This document shows positions 38,862 through 53,141 of a DNA stretch of 64,000 nt, piece after piece; positions within the stretch are counted from its first letter, which is position 1; each line of letters begins with the position of its first letter. The stretch covers positions 44,268,001 through 44,332,000 of the forward strand of contig OZ024744.1 of assembly GCA_964016885.1 (NCBI GenBank), given 5' to 3'. The translations under genes were made by a program, and so were the position numbers. The notes beneath the pieces were generated by a model. That model worked only from the letters and a program-made list of their open reading frames with translations, searched no databases and had not been told where the DNA came from. This DNA is from Eledone cirrhosa. Taxonomy: Eukaryota.

Positions 38862-39265
38862 TATTTTTATTTTTATTTTTATTTTTATTTTTATTTTTAT
38901 TATTTATATTTTTATTTTTATTTTTATTTTTATTTTTATTTTTATTTTTATTTTTATTTTTATTTTTATTTTTATTTTTTTTATTTTTATTTTTATTTTT
39001 ATTTTTATTTTTATTTTTATTTTTATTTTTATTTTTATTTTTATTTTTATTTTTATTTTTATTTTTATTTTTATTTTTATTTTTATTTTTATTTTTATTT
39101 TTATTTTTATTTTTATTTTTATTTTTATTTTTATTTTTATTTTTATTTTTATTTTTATTTTTATTTTTATTTTTATTTTTATTTTTATTTTTATTTTTAT
39201 TTTTATTTTTATTTTTATTTTTATTTTTATTTTTATTTTTATTTTTATTTTTATTTTTATTTTTA
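38862..39265. repeat. (TTTTTA)n microsatellite
   Basis: Direct observation. Confidence 0.98.
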
Positions 39266-39688
39266 TTATTATTCTTATTTATATTTAAACTCTTAATAAG
39301 GGTTAGTTTGTGCTTGTATTGATGGAAATGTGTATTGATATATATGTATATATGTGTACATATGTATATATATATATATGTATACTGGGCCTTTTAATAT
39401 TATTATTATTATTATCATTATCAATTATATTATATTATATTATATTATATTATATTATATTATATTATATATAGTACAATAATTCCCGCTCTATATCACC
39501 ACCTTTGTTTAGCTTTAGTTTTTGCATTGGACTATATTTGTAATATGGTTCAAAATGATATTCAATTCCTTACCAATTTTTACTTGATAATTTTTACCCG
39601 ATAATTTTCCTATGCTTTAATGTATGTACACTCCATATTCTTCTGAGTTTTTGGCTTGTATTGGCCGATAGTGCTTCTTATAGCTTTA

Positions 39689-39733
39689 ATTGCCCTGATG
39701 AGTCCTTAATAGGACGAAACATTGTTGGCTAAT
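39689..39733 (+). ncRNA. Type I minimal hammerhead ribozyme
   Basis: GCC-CUGAUGA-GUCCU-UAAU-AGGAC-GAAAC-AUU-GUU-GGC. Confidence 0.85.
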
Positions 39734-41439
39734 AAAGACTTTTGATGTATTGAAGGCTTCTTTGTTTTATTTTCATAATATTTTCATAATTCTTCGGCTC
39801 TGTTTAATTACATTGAGCTATACATTTACTGTCATTTCTATAATACGAAGAGGGTGTTTACCTCCAACACGCTCTAGTATTTTAATTCTTATATATATAC
39901 ATATATATATATTATAAATACATAAATACATACACATGTTTACAGGTATATTTATATATATATATATCGCTATTTTTCTAATCCTTTTGGGACTTTGCAT
40001 TCAAAATCTTCATTAGAAGTCCTATAAACAGCAACCAGGTAAATTTCTTTGATTTGATTTGTTTCAGATTTATTCAAACACAGATTTTGGATGAGATTGA
40101 GTCTCGTTCTGTCTGGATGTGTAAAGTATTATAACTTGCGTATTATTCACCCGATCTCTTAAAATTGTACACATTGCTAAAGGAGGATGCGAGATGTTTT
40201 TATAAAAGAAACATAACCACTTTAGATGACGCTGTATATTGTGTATTACAAGACTCTTTTATTAATTAGCACTGATGAACTCTAATACTTCTAGAACCTA
40301 CAAGGTAGACAAGTATTGTACTCAGTAATTTGATTGCCGATGTCACGGAATATAGTTGTGACAATTCCTTAACGACATATACATTTACAGCATTGTGTTT
40401 CACAATTTCTTCTCGGTGATCAGTCAGTTTGTAATGATATTTTCTTTGAACATTTGAAGTAGGTTCTGTAGTATGTCAGTCTCTGGTTGAGAGTTAATGA
40501 TTTGAGAAGGAAGTAGAAAGTTCAGAATACAAGAGAGAGAGGGACAGAAAAAGTAAGAGAGAGAATGTCTGTAGGAGGGAAACAGCGACATAAAGAAAGA
40601 GACTAAAAAAGGGGAAGAGTTAGAGAAGGCTGTGTGAGAGAAGGGACTGGCAAAAAATGAGAGAAAGAAGAGGCTGTGTGAGAGGGGAAAGAAAGAGAGA
40701 GAGAGAGTGAGACAGTAAGTAACCACATGTGATGAAATGGAAGAGAAGCAGACGACAATATAAAATATTAAACACGATATTAGAAAAATATTTTTGTAAA
40801 TATGACAATATTTTATCTATGCATACATGCATAGATAAATACTTACATGTTTACAGTTATATTTATATATATATATTTTTTATATAATCATACATGCATA
40901 GATAAATACATACATATGTTTACAGGTATATATATGTATATATAATTATCTGTCATTTGTCTTCTCAAGCTAAATACTAAATAAGTTATAACTTAAGCTA
41001 CGTCTTGCTCTGTACTTTCTACTACTCCATAGTTGTATAGTAGTATTTTAAATATTAATATTCTATAACTGTTGCATTAAGGCAATGTATTTCTTAAAAT
41101 ATATTACTCACACACTCTCTCTATTGATTCTATTACGTTTTCTCATGTTCTCAATATTAGGGTATAAATATTGAGATTTCTCATAAGTTAATCACTACCT
41201 TGATTAAATCTTAACCATCTACAATGCCAGGGTTTGTCATGTAAAATTTCATTTCATATGACGAGGACGTACTGTTGAACTTAATTCAGAACTTCTGAAA
41301 TATGTATAATATAATTTAATTAATCACAAGAATATCTATTTTTGTTAATATTTGAATTAATATTAATAACTCTGGAAAATATTTTCCAATCTACTGTAAA
41401 ACTCATTCTTTGATGTACTCATTGAATCTTGTTTAACTC

Positions 41440-41530
<91 letters not shown>

Positions 41531-41531
<1 letters not shown>

Positions 41532-41721
41532 CAAAGGAATTATGGTAAGGAACTGGATGGAGCATAACGTACCAGAGTAATCAATACTTAGGGTAGTAGA
41601 GTGGGAAATAGGAAAAAGTATGACGCCTACGGCAGAGCTCAAGCCGTTTCGACGGCTATTTCTTGACTCAGAAATAGCCGTCGAAACGGCTTGAGCTCTG
41701 CCGTCGGGGTCATACTTTTTT

Positions 41722-41724
<3 letters not shown>
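41531..41724. mobile_element. Palindromic half-hammerhead mini-element, copy 1
   Basis: About 55-bp inverted arms at 41609-41725; (TA)n flanks. Confidence 0.8.
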
Positions 41725-41770
<46 letters not shown>

Positions 41771-41991
41771 CATATATGCATACATGCATAGATAAATACA
41801 TACATATGTTTCAGGTATATTTATATATGTATATATTTTATATATACATATATGCATAGATAAATACATGCATATGTTTACAGGTATATTTATATATACC
41901 TGCAAATATTAGAACTCCCATAAACAGAAACGAGGTAAATTTCTTTGATTTGATTTGTTTCAGATTTATTCAATTACAGATTTTCCATAGA

Positions 41992-44900
41992 ATGCCTCGA
42001 AAAAGCAAGAGTCACATTCGAAGAAAAAGAAGAAATGCTTTTGCTTAGCGTTCTTTGCGCGCAAGCGAGGCAGAAGAACAATGTATGCTACGGCGTGCTC
42101 GCAATGATGCTTCTACTTCGATCGCCAGAGCATTACAGACAACTGAACAAGCAGAACTCCGGCTTGCTCGCAATGCTACTTCTACTTCGAAGGCCAGAGC
42201 ATTACAGACTGCTGAACAAGCAGAACTCCGGTTTGCTTGCGATGCTGATTCTACTTCAAATAACCGTGCTTTAGAGACTGTTGACCAAAGGGCAACAAGG
42301 CTTGCGGCTGATTCTCAACGGAAAATGCGCTCTCATGTCTTTCCGAGGGTTTCTTCCTGTTACTGGTCTAAGAAGGCTTTTCATTACAGCCTCCAAGAGG
42401 ACTACGCATCCCACCCACATATCATCATTGGTAGCATGTCAACTGTTTGCGTCCATTGTAACGCAATGAGGTGACCAGCGGAATCTACCGGTATATGCTG
42501 CTCCAATGGAACGGTTAGATTGCCTCATTTACAAGTCGGTGCCGAACCTTTGAATTCTCTGCTGCTTGGAGACACCCTGATTCTAAACACTTTCTTAGAA
42601 ATATAAGAGCCTACAATTTGGCTTTCCAAATGACAAGCTTTGGTCATACACCAATAAAACATGGAAATTATATGCCCACATTCAAAGTGCAAGGCCAAAT
42701 TTACCATCAAATTTGCTCCATTATTCCACAAGATGGCGATGAACACAGTTTTCTCCAGATTTACTTCATGGGGAACGGACCTGAAGAAACTGCACGAAGA
42801 GCTTCAGTTGCTAAAGGAACAATACCTTTTCCTCTGCAGTCCCTTCAATATATGCTTCATACCATAAACCTCTACATCACCATTTTCAAAACTGCTTTTA
42901 AGCGTAGAGATGCTAACACCAATCAATTCAAGGTTGTCATTCGAGGTGACTACGCTCCACCAGGGCAGCATCAGAGCTCCTTTAACAGACCCCAAACCTA
43001 TGAAGTTGCGGTGCTTATTAGAAGTCCTAATGAGAGTGCTTCAAATCGTGATATTGTTCTTGAATGGCAGGACTCGCGTCTTCAAAAAATAAATGAACTT
43101 CATCCTGCATATGATGCCCTCCAATATCCATGACTGTTCCCCTTTGGCGATGATGGCTACCGCATTGACTTGCCAAAGTGTAATCCGGTAACCTTAATGC
43201 ATCTTCAACCACGGAAAACCATTTCACAAATGGAATTTTATGCATTTAGGCTTATGGTTCGCAAAAACGACATCAACATTCTGCATAGAACACGGATGCT
43301 CCTCAATCAATACTGTGTAGACGTACTTGCTAAGGTAACTATTTCTTATTTTATGATTTCGTTTGGAAAATTTCCTTAGCCAGTTCACTCAATATTTACC
43401 ACAACAATTTCTTCCTTTTCCAGATTGACACTGAACGCCTCCAATGGATAAGACACCATCAAAGGAACTGCGTTCAGAAGAATACGGCCATCTACGTGAC
43501 GAAGTCAACCGAAATGATCAGGTTATTGCTCGGATGTTGGGCTTTTTGTCATTCTCCCATCGTCATACACTGGAGGCCCCCTTTTACATGCATGAAAAAA
43601 TGTAGGATGCTCTCACCTATGTCCGCCATTGTGGCCGTCCTGATCTTTTTATCACCTTCACATGCAATCCAAAATGGTTTGACATCTAGGCTCACTTACT
43701 TCATGGCCAAAATCCTTCACACAGGCATGATATCACATCTAGAGTGTTTCACCTAAAGCTTATGAAAATGATGGATGTTATAAAATACGGACAACTTTTT
43801 GGACCAATAAGGTGTTTCATGTACACCGTAGAATGGCAGAAGAGAGGACGCCCACATACCCATATTCTCCTTTGGCTTCAAAAAAAGCTCATATCAACTG
43901 ATGTTGATTCCGTTATACGTGCTGAATTGCCAAATCCCAAGACGACCCTGTCTTTTTTCAAATTATAAAAGCCAACATGATCCATGGGCCGTGTGGCCAC
44001 CTAAATACAAAATCTGCATGTACGATAATGAGAAATGTACAAAGCGTTACCCACGTAAACTCATCCATGAAACCAAAACTGGTGATGATGGCTACCCTTT
44101 ATACCGTCGCAGGGCACCACAGGAGGGTGGACATACGGCAACTATAACAATGGTTGGTGGTCAAGATTTCAATATTGACAACCGATGTGTTGTACCACAT
44201 AACAAGGTGCTTTGTAAAATGCTTTCAGCCCACTTAATGTTGAATTCTGCAAAACTCCGTAAAATCAATCCAATACATCTGCAAGTATATTCATAAGGGA
44301 GCCGATCGAGCAGTTATTGAGTTGGCTAAGACCGATAACCCTGATGCCGCCACAGATGAGGTCACGTTTTTCCAAACTGGACGCTACATCTCTTCTAACG
44401 AGGCATTTTGGCGCATATTCCGTTTTCCGATCCATGAACATGAACCTGCAGTTATTCACATCAGCGTTCATTTGGAGAATGGTTAACGGGTGTATTTTAA
44501 CCAACAAAATATGCTTGACTGTGCAAGACAACCTCGAAGAACGACCCTTACCGGATTCTTTGAACTTTGTACTTCTGACTCTCTTGCCAGAACACTGCTT
44601 TATGCGGAGTTGTCTACAATCTACACGTGGAATAAATCTTCCGGGTGTTGGCAAAGAAGAAAACGAGGATGCATTTCACAAAGGGATGCTTCGATGCGTG
44701 AGTCTGATACCCTCTCCAGAGTGTACACAGTTCACCGGCTCAATTCAGAATGCTTTCACCTTCTATTTTTTCGTCTTCTATTGCACGTTGTCAAAGGTCC
44801 AACTTCCTTTGAAGACCTTCGTACCGCCAATGGCCATATTTGTTCAACATTTAAAGAGGCCTGCTCCAAATTAGGCCTTCTGGACAATGATCACCATGAC

Positions 44901-46638
44901 CACGACCTCCATGAAGCATCAATGTTACAGTCACCAATTGCACTTCGTAAGCTTTTCGTCGTTATGCTGGAGTACTGCAGTCTTGGGAATCCAGTCTTTC
45001 AGGGAGAAATATCGCGACAGCCTGTGCTTGGACATCCTAATGCAATCTCTCTTCGCGTCCACACACATGAATTTACAGTTTACACCTGAAATGTACACCT
45101 GCAGTCTCATATTTCTAGAAGATAGACTTATACTTTTGGAAATGGGTGGTCGTCCCTTGAAGAACTACTGTATGGAATATCCTAAAAGAGAAAATGAGGC
45201 TGTTTGTAACCGCCCCCTACTAAGGGAGACATGCTACGATGCTGCCAGGCTTCTGTCCTATGTTCAAGAAAGAGAAAAACTTTTGAATCTTGAACAAGCT
45301 GATGTCTATACATTTGTTTTGACCATGCTTGAAGACACCAACAGTGGCAGTCACTTCCTTGATGCGCCAGGTGTCACAGGAAAGACATTTCTCCTCAACC
45401 TCCTTCTTGCCAAAGTTCACCAACGCGGACAGATTGCCATTGCAATGGCGTCTTCAGAAATAGCAGCAACACTGCTAGACGGCGGCAGAACAGTCAATTC
45501 AACATTTAAGCTTCCTCTTAACATCGGTCATGTTGAAAATCTGACCACCAATATAAAGAAGAATTCTGATGAGGCTGCTGTCTTTCAAAGATGCAAATTG
45601 ATTGTCTGGGACGAGGCAAGAATGTCCCACAAGAGCACTTGATGCAATCAATACAACGCTACAAGACCTGCGCTCCAATTCTAAACCGTTCGGTGGCGTC
45701 GTTCTGCTTCTTGCTGGAGATGTTCGTCAAACACTTCCCATTGTCCCGAAAGGCCAACCAGTTGATGAAATAGATGCTTGCATTAAACATTCTCATCTTT
45801 GGCGCTTCTTCCAGTCGAGAAAGTTAACCATCAACATGCGATCGATTCTCCACCAACAAGACGGTGACAATTACTTTGCTTCAAAGTTATTGGATGTGGG
45901 TAATGGGAACTTACCAATCGACGTAAACGGTTTGGTTGACATAAGTACCATCGGTAACTACGTCTCCAGCCCTGAGGACATTTGCACAAGTTTACCCCAA
46001 CCTCTCAACAAATTACGTCAGTCATCAATGGATGTGTGAAAGGGCCATCTTAGCTCCTACAAATGCCATCGTCCAAGCTCTTAACACATGTCTGCTTCGT
46101 CAACTTCCTTCCCAAGAGCGATGTTATGCTTCGATTGATTTGATTACGGATCCCACGCAAGTAACGTTTTATCCAACAGAGGTTTTAAACTCACAAGAAC
46201 CATCGTGAATGCCACCGCATAAACTCTGCCTAAGACTTGGAAGTCCCATCATACTCTTGAGAAACTTGGAACCTCCTCAGCTTTGCAATGGCACACGCTT
46301 GGTTATAACGCAAATGTTGGGTGACGTTCTCAAGGCTACAATCATTAGGGAAAAAGCGCTAGCGACTCTGTTTTTATTTCCAGAGTTCCACTTATCCCAA
46401 CTGACTGTGTCTTTCCGATGAAAAGAGTCCAATTCCCCATTCGATTAAGTTTTGCAATAACCATTAACAAAGCCCAGGGGCAGTCACTAAAAGTGGTTGG
46501 GCTGGACATCAGTACTCCATGCTTTTCACACAGGCAACTGTATGTGGGATGTTCAAGAGTTGGAAACTCGGCCAATCTATTTTACTAAGCTCCCGGAAGA
46601 TTTCAAAAAATGCGGTTTACAAGGCAGCCCTCCAATAG
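41992..46638 (+). pseudogene. Helitron A RepHel (HUH Rep plus PIF1 helicase), disrupted
   Basis: PDLFITFTCNPKW, EWQKRGRPHTHILLW, YICKYIHKG; DAPGVTGKTF, WDEARMSH, GDVRQTLP, LCNGTRL, FAITINKAQGQS. Confidence 0.95.
43335..43423 (+). other. GT-AG intron in RepHel
   Basis: AAG|GTAACT...TTCCTTTTCCAG|ATT; splicing restores VDVLAKIDTERLQWIR. Confidence 0.8.
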
Positions 46639-47116
46639 TTTTTCAGTGGAGATGAAAGCCCCTTCAGGTTGGTCCTTATTGCGATTACTTACTTTTCACA
46701 ATAGGTAATGTTACTCTTCCAACAAATGCCCATTGATGAAATCAACCATTTTTTCATTTCAATGGACAGCCTTCCACATGCCCCAGGTTATTTCATAATT
46801 CAATTACACATGTAGTTTCTTACAGATTGCTTTCATGTCAACCGAACTGTCGTCTATGCTTTTTGTACCGATTCTTCAGCCATTCAGTCAATTAAACGAC
46901 ATTCCAAACGATATTTCCATCTTTCTCTATTTTCTATTTTCGATATTTCTATAATTTTCACATTTTAATGACAGATATCTGTAAATAAAACATGCTCTTT
47001 TTGAATACCGTCTCATTTTTTATTGAAAGATTTGATCACGTAACATTATCCTCCATGTTAAACATCGACAAGACGGAATTTCACCATTAAGACTGCAGTT
47101 CAACCAAGAACTAACA

Positions 47117-47146
47117 CTGTCCAATGGACAGGGGGGCATTTGCTAG
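47117..47146 (+). mobile_element. Helitron A 3' terminus
   Basis: Hairpin CTGTCC-AAT-GGACAG, 11 nt spacer, CTAG. Confidence 0.85.
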
Positions 47147-47740
47147 TCTACTATATAAGTCCCGTTCTGTCTGTCTGTAAAGTATTATAACTTGCGATAT
47201 GTTCACCCGATCCCGCTAAACTTTTACACATTGGCAAAGGAGGATGCGAGACGTGTCAATAACAACTATTTATTGCATAATTGTTACTTTCAAAGTGATA
47301 ATCGCCATTTTTCTAATACATGTGTGACTTTGCGGTAAAAAAATCTCCATTAGAACTGCCGTAAGCAGGAACCCGGCTGAGAAAGAGAAGGAAGTAGAAA
47401 GTGCAGAGTAGATGAGAGAGAGGGGCAGAAAAAGAAAGAGAGAGAATGTCTATAGGAGGGAAACAGCGACAGAAAGAAAGAGACAAAGAAACAAGGGGGA
47501 GAGAGAGAGTGAGTGAGAGAAGGCCGTGTGAGACAAGGGACTGGCAAAAAGAGAGAGAAAGAAGAGGCTGTGTGAGAGAGGAAAGAAAGAGAGAGTGAGA
47601 CAGTAAGTAACCACATGTTGTGAGAAGAGAAGCAGACGACAAGATAAAATATTAAACACGATATTAGAAAAATATTTTTGTAAATATGACAATATTTTAT
47701 ATATACATACGTGCATAGATAAATACATACATATATTTAC

Positions 47741-47745
<5 letters not shown>
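47147..47745 (+). mobile_element. Helitron A 5' end module, unit 2
   Basis: TCTACTATATAAGTCCCG immediately after CTAG; homologous to 20712-21280. Confidence 0.8.
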
Positions 47746-47771
<26 letters not shown>

Positions 47772-47952
47772 ACGAAGGAATTGTGGTAAGGAACCAGATG
47801 GACCATAACGCACCAGAGTAATCAACACTGAGGGTGGTAGAGTGTGTAATAGGAAAAAGTATGACACCGACGGCAGAGCTCAAGCCGTTTCGACGGCTAT
47901 TTCTGAAATAGCCGTCGAAACGGCTTGAGTTTTGTCGTCGGGGTCATACTTG

Positions 47953-47954
<2 letters not shown>
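47772..47954. mobile_element. Palindromic half-hammerhead mini-element, copy 2
   Basis: Homologous to copy 1; (TA)n flanks. Confidence 0.8.
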
Positions 47955-48031
<77 letters not shown>

Positions 48032-48333
48032 GTAATTCTGTTGGAAAGGTCCAGGAAAAAAGAGTGCTCTCTGTAGGTTACAGAGCTTATTAGTTATGTA
48101 ATAAACAACATAAGATAATTATTTCATTTACCAGTGGTTTCTTGGAAGCAAACAAAATTTGCTTTCAGTCATCAGAATGAAAAAAATGCAGGTGTATTTA
48201 TTGACAGTAGATTTTAAAAACAAAAATATAATATATATGAAAGTGAAGCTGGAAAAAGAAGAAGGAAAGGAAAAAGAATAAATATAAAAGTAGATAAACA
48301 CACACACACACACTCACACACACACACATACAT

Positions 48334-48398
<65 letters not shown>

Positions 48399-48631
48399 TA
48401 CACATACATATATATATTTACCCTTAATTTTATTCTGAGTTAAGACTCTATAGATTTTTTTCCCTGGATTAGACAAAATCTGTGGATAAAATTTCTGTCT
48501 TGACTTTTTTTTAATTGAGATTGAATTATTTTCCTATTTCTTACGTTAAATATTTTCCATCTTGACGTAATAGTCACTTATATGTTTGAATTACTGTTGG
48601 CTTCTTGCTCACATTAATTTCTCTATTATTC

Positions 48632-48689
<58 letters not shown>

Positions 48690-48890
48690 TTAGTTATACT
48701 ATTTATGGTTATGCAAATACAAAACCTTAAGCAGTTGTAAGTATTTTACACACACCCTAAATAGTGGTAGGCAGTAATGTATTACTACCTTATTACCAGT
48801 AAGTTAAGTAGCTCAATGTAAAAACATCAGATGATTTACAGAGCAGTTATATGAAATATAAGAATCAAAGAACTGCTCAAAACATTATTG

Positions 48891-48937
48891 TGCTTACAGC
48901 TGTTTCCTCCAAACCGAGGTTTGGATTCTTCGGAGCA
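48891..48937 (-). ncRNA. Hammerhead ribozyme, variant core CCGAAGA
   Basis: UGCU-CCGAAGA-A-UCCAAACC/GGUUUGGA-G-GAAACAGCUGUA-AGCA. Confidence 0.75.
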
Positions 48938-50385
48938 ATTTATTAATGCATGGACAGTTATATGACCTCCTTTTCAGCCGAGAGACATACCAAATACATA
49001 TTCAAACATTGATACATATTCAAACATTGTGGGTCAACATTCATTACAGAATTTAGAGTGGCAGTACACACTTCGAGATTACATTTATATTAATAGGTAC
49101 AATCAAAAATCAAAGATATAGGTTAAAGTACAACATGAAGATAAGTGGTTATATAGTGCAAATGTTATATGTGTGGCACGCATGTGCGTCTTGTTTATAT
49201 AGTGTGGCAGAGAGATATGTGTGGTAGAGGCACTTAGGTAGGTAAATAAGAGTGTTAGGTTGGTAGATCTGGTGGCAAAATCTTTATATGATTGATATAG
49301 TTTGTGTGTGGAGAAATATTATAAGCATTAAAGATAGTGCAAGCATTAAAAGTGTTAAAAGTGTTATAAGTATTGGAGATGCACAGCGCAGGGATGTCAA
49401 GTATTTCATGTACTTCGGCATTTTCATGGTCAGGGGAGTGTATATTTCGATTATACGCCTTTCACATAATCCACGACAATCCAGTTAGAGATCGTAGTCT
49501 GGTGTTCTTTAGTTCGATACAGGAGGTTGTTACGTTTCGAGAAACGCCATTGAATACCGGAAGTGTGTGTGTGGCTAAGGGGAGTTAATGCATGCGGGGA
49601 GGTAACTCTGGGGTTTCTATATCTAGCCATTAGAATGTGTCCCATTATAGACCCTAAATTCTATGGTGAAGTGCACCTTCCAAGAGAGACTTTTAAAGTA
49701 TAAAGTGTATTAACTATAGAGTAGTTTAACTAAGTTATGCTGAAGGTGATCATATTATTATGGTGGATTAACCCATCTTAAGGTGCTACAAATGGAAATT
49801 ATAGATGAAGCGAGGATTCTAAATTAATGATCTCTGTGGTTGTAGTCTGCTCATATGACCAGGCGCGGTGACTGCAGGATTGCTTCAGGACCCAATGATC
49901 TCTGGTAAGATCTGGGTCATCGCTTGCTACATTGGATGTCGAAAGATAATCGTCCCCAGGCAGGCCAAAGGTCAATCCGCAGTCCTCGCGACCCCTCTCT
50001 GACCGTCAGATCCTCCATATACGTACAACCCGCACGGCAGTTGCATTGCATTCACTCACTGCACTCAGCAGCCCGGTCCTACTGGTCAACAGCGCTACTC
50101 GATTAAATCATTTTACATCTGTCTAAGGAAGGTGTTTCCTCTGCCCAACACTATCCAACCGATCAATTCATGCTCAAATTACCCTTAGAGCGGTGTAGTG
50201 CCGTTCAAGTGGGTGGATGTTGTCACACCTGCCGTAGAGGTATAAATGGGTATTTTCCCTGCGAAGGGTTCCGGAGGGATGTCGTTGTTTGTGTTATAAA
50301 GGATCAGCTAGTGTTGGGTATGTAGTATAGGGTGTGTCTCTGGTGTTTGATGCTAGATGTGGTGTTAGGTTCCAGTCCGACATTG

Positions 50386-52845
50386 CTATATATAGGGCTT
50401 AAAGTTTTGGAAGGAATGTCTGAGGCGGTGCTGGCAAGTTGCAAACACCTCAGATTTTTTGTTAAGTAGGTTACGGTTGGAGAAGATAATATTGTGTGTC
50501 TCTAGTATACAGAGGTTACAGAATTTATTAGGTGGTTTGTACGAGGTCGCGCTGCCTATCACTTCCCATTTGAGTGTGTATGGTTTATTTTTAGATTTTA
50601 GATAGTGTATGTAGCTAGAAAGTGAGGTGGAGTTGGCTAGGCTGTGCTTTTTGAACGAGTGGATGTGCGAGTTATATCTGATTTTGAAGCAGTTAGAAGT
50701 GGAGCCTACATAGGTTTCTGAAGAGTTATTAGTCGTGACTGTGCATGAGTATATGACATCCTTGGTTAGGCATTTTTTATCTAAAGGGCAGGTTCTATTA
50801 GCTCTACAGTTACAATTATCCTGTGCGTTAGTCCGCTGGTTATAATGCAATGCGGAAGTCTGTGTGGTGGATATAGGATTTTGGGTGTTCGGGTTGACAA
50901 CCCTGGTGTTATTACTTATACTAGTGTTATTTCTATTGTTACTGCCGTTGCTATGGTTGCTTGCTACAGTGGTATTTAGAGGGTTTGCATCCCGTTGTGA
51001 TTTTGTTTGTTGGAAGTAAGAACTAATTTTACTATTATTGCTGCTAGCTATGTGGTATGCTAAGTTAGGCGTCGTAGAGTATGAGATTTTAATGGTGTTT
51101 TTGTTTAAGAGGTTGTGGTACTTGTGTCCTAGAGGGAAGTTTTTATCTAGTAGTGAGAAGAAAGCCCTAGGTATGTTGGTGGAGACATTTAGGTTGAAAG
51201 GAGGGTTGAAAAATGTATTATTTCTTCTTCTATTTTTGCTTTTAGTGTTTGGTGTGTTGCTTCCTCCTAAGGCCCCACAGTAGTTTCCATGGTAATGGTT
51301 ACTTCCGGTGGCACCCTCCGTTTTGGTGTACTTGTGGTTGCTATTCCTATTATTAGATTTCCTCATGGACATGTTGTGCGAGATGATGTTGTAGCTATGT
51401 GTTTTCTTAGGTAGGAACTCAATTTCTATATTATGGCCGGAGCAAGCTAATGCTTGATTGTAATATTGTGAGTTTTTGCTAAATATGTTTGCGTCATAGG
51501 ACAGACTAGAGATTCTATTGGACACCCCCTTAGAGATAGAGTTTAATATTGATCTAGGGTGATTAGACTTGGTATCTACGTAAATAAGTTTCTCATTAGG
51601 CTTATGGAAAGGTGTATATATTTTTGAGTCTAGGTATAGTGTGGCGTCTAGGAAGTTAACATTTTTAGTGTTTTTGTCCATGGTGATACTAAGGTTAAAG
51701 TTTTTGAATGTCTTATGCAGTTGTTTTCTAGTTCTTTCTATATTAAATTTTTTATATTCTATGAGTAGAAGTGCATCATCGCGGTACAAACCACCGTTGA
51801 GGTAAGGGAGGTCTTTATGGATTTCATTGAGGAGGTATAGGCCGACCAAATCAGTGACCTGCGCCGAGTCACTAGATCCCATGGTTATGTCGAAGTTGTT
51901 GTGCGTATCCTTGCGTGTCCATAGTTGGTCCTCGAAGGTGATTATGGTTTTACGGGCCGCAAGGATGACATCAACCTGGGCTCTAGTCAGGTCGCTATTG
52001 GTCATGGCCATGATAAGTGCCTTATTTAATAGGATAGGGGAAATAGAGGTGTAGTATGAATTGATATCAAATTGAATAAATTTTTTGTTCTTATTATTCT
52101 TGATATCCTTGAACCATTCAATTACTTCACCCGTATTTCCTCATTGTTTAAGGTGTATCTTGTGTTTAATTTGTGGGATGATTTTATCCAAAATCTTCTT
52201 GCTGATAATACCAATGTCGGACTTGGAAGGGCAGATAAGTCTTATCGTGGGGTTGCTGATGAAGTTCTCCTTATGGTCCTTCAGAGAGAATCTAGGGAGG
52301 TTCGGAGTGAAAGGTTGTGTATGCCTCTGTAGTCCTAGTTTAGACACTATATTATAACCCTCTACATTAATATCTTCTAAGTTTTTCAAGGTGGTTTTTT
52401 TGTAGCTTTTATGTAGTTCATTATATATAAACTTTCTATAAGTAATATAATCTAGGCTGTATATGTTATTAGTTTTATCTGCGTGTACAATAATTTTATT
52501 ACTAGTTTTGAATCCATTAATAGAAGTGTTAAGTTTGTTTAAGAAGGTGTTGCTTCTAATATGGTGCTTATTGTATTTAATGTTCTTAACTAGTTTAACT
52601 AGGTCATTTTCAAAGGAGTTAAGTAGAGTGTTATGAGGGGGGCTTTTAAAGGTTTTAAAGCCTAAGGAGTCAAAATTGTTAGTATTATTCAAGTTGTTAG
52701 ATTTGTTTCTATCATAATGGAATGTCCTCCATCTCACTCTATTGATAAATGAATTTACACTGTTGATCAGCAATTTCTCATATGTATTCCTGGATGGTAT
52801 TGGTATGTTCTTGGTTGACATGGGGAGTTGGTCTTTGATTAGCAT
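50386..52845 (-). pseudogene. PLE RT plus GIY-YIG polyprotein with a single in-frame TGA
   Basis: ADKTNN, FIQFDINSYYTSI, DITMGSSDSAQVTDLVG, LYRDD, YVGSTSNCFKIRYNSH; the two listed ORFs are in frame across the stop at 52141-52143. Confidence 0.92.
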
Positions 52846-53094
52846 ATTGGCAATATTATATGTCAGCTCAACGATATGGAGCAGTTAATAGTATTAGTTA
52901 TACTATTTATGGTTATGCAAATACAAAACCTTAAGCAGTTGTAAGTATTTTACACACACCCTAAATAGTGGTAGGCAGTAATGTATTACTACCTTATTAC
53001 CAGTAAGTTAAGTAGCTCAATGTAAAAACATCAGATGATTTACAGAGCAGTTATATGAAATATAAGAATCAAAGAACTGCTCAAAACATTATTG

Positions 53095-53141
53095 TGCTTA
53101 CAGCTGTTTCCTCCAAACCGAGGTTTGGATTCTTCGGAGCA
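53095..53141 (-). ncRNA. Hammerhead ribozyme copy in 5' pseudo-LTR
   Basis: Same sequence as 48891-48937. Confidence 0.75.

Larger units (their letters stand above)
37368..39890 (+). mobile_element. Extremely 5'-truncated PLE with long AT-rich 3' region
   Basis: NIPYSLNWRIV..FCNLCIFETHSII..LLNRKSEIFSSCPH matches the C-terminus of 50386-52011; HHR near the 3' end. Confidence 0.7.

Noticed and set aside
48145-48177. Minus-strand CUGAUGA-CU-GAAAGCAAA..UUUGCUU hammerhead (also near 63395-63425)
   Set aside because: Only 2 nt where stem II should be and no stem I; at best a deleted relic
52141-52143. In-frame TGA read as selenocysteine, as reported for Naiad PLEs
   Set aside because: It falls where related proteins have Trp (QW.NT, by recall), so TGG>TGA is simpler. 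The endonuclease is C-terminal, unlike Naiads, and I recognised no SECIS.
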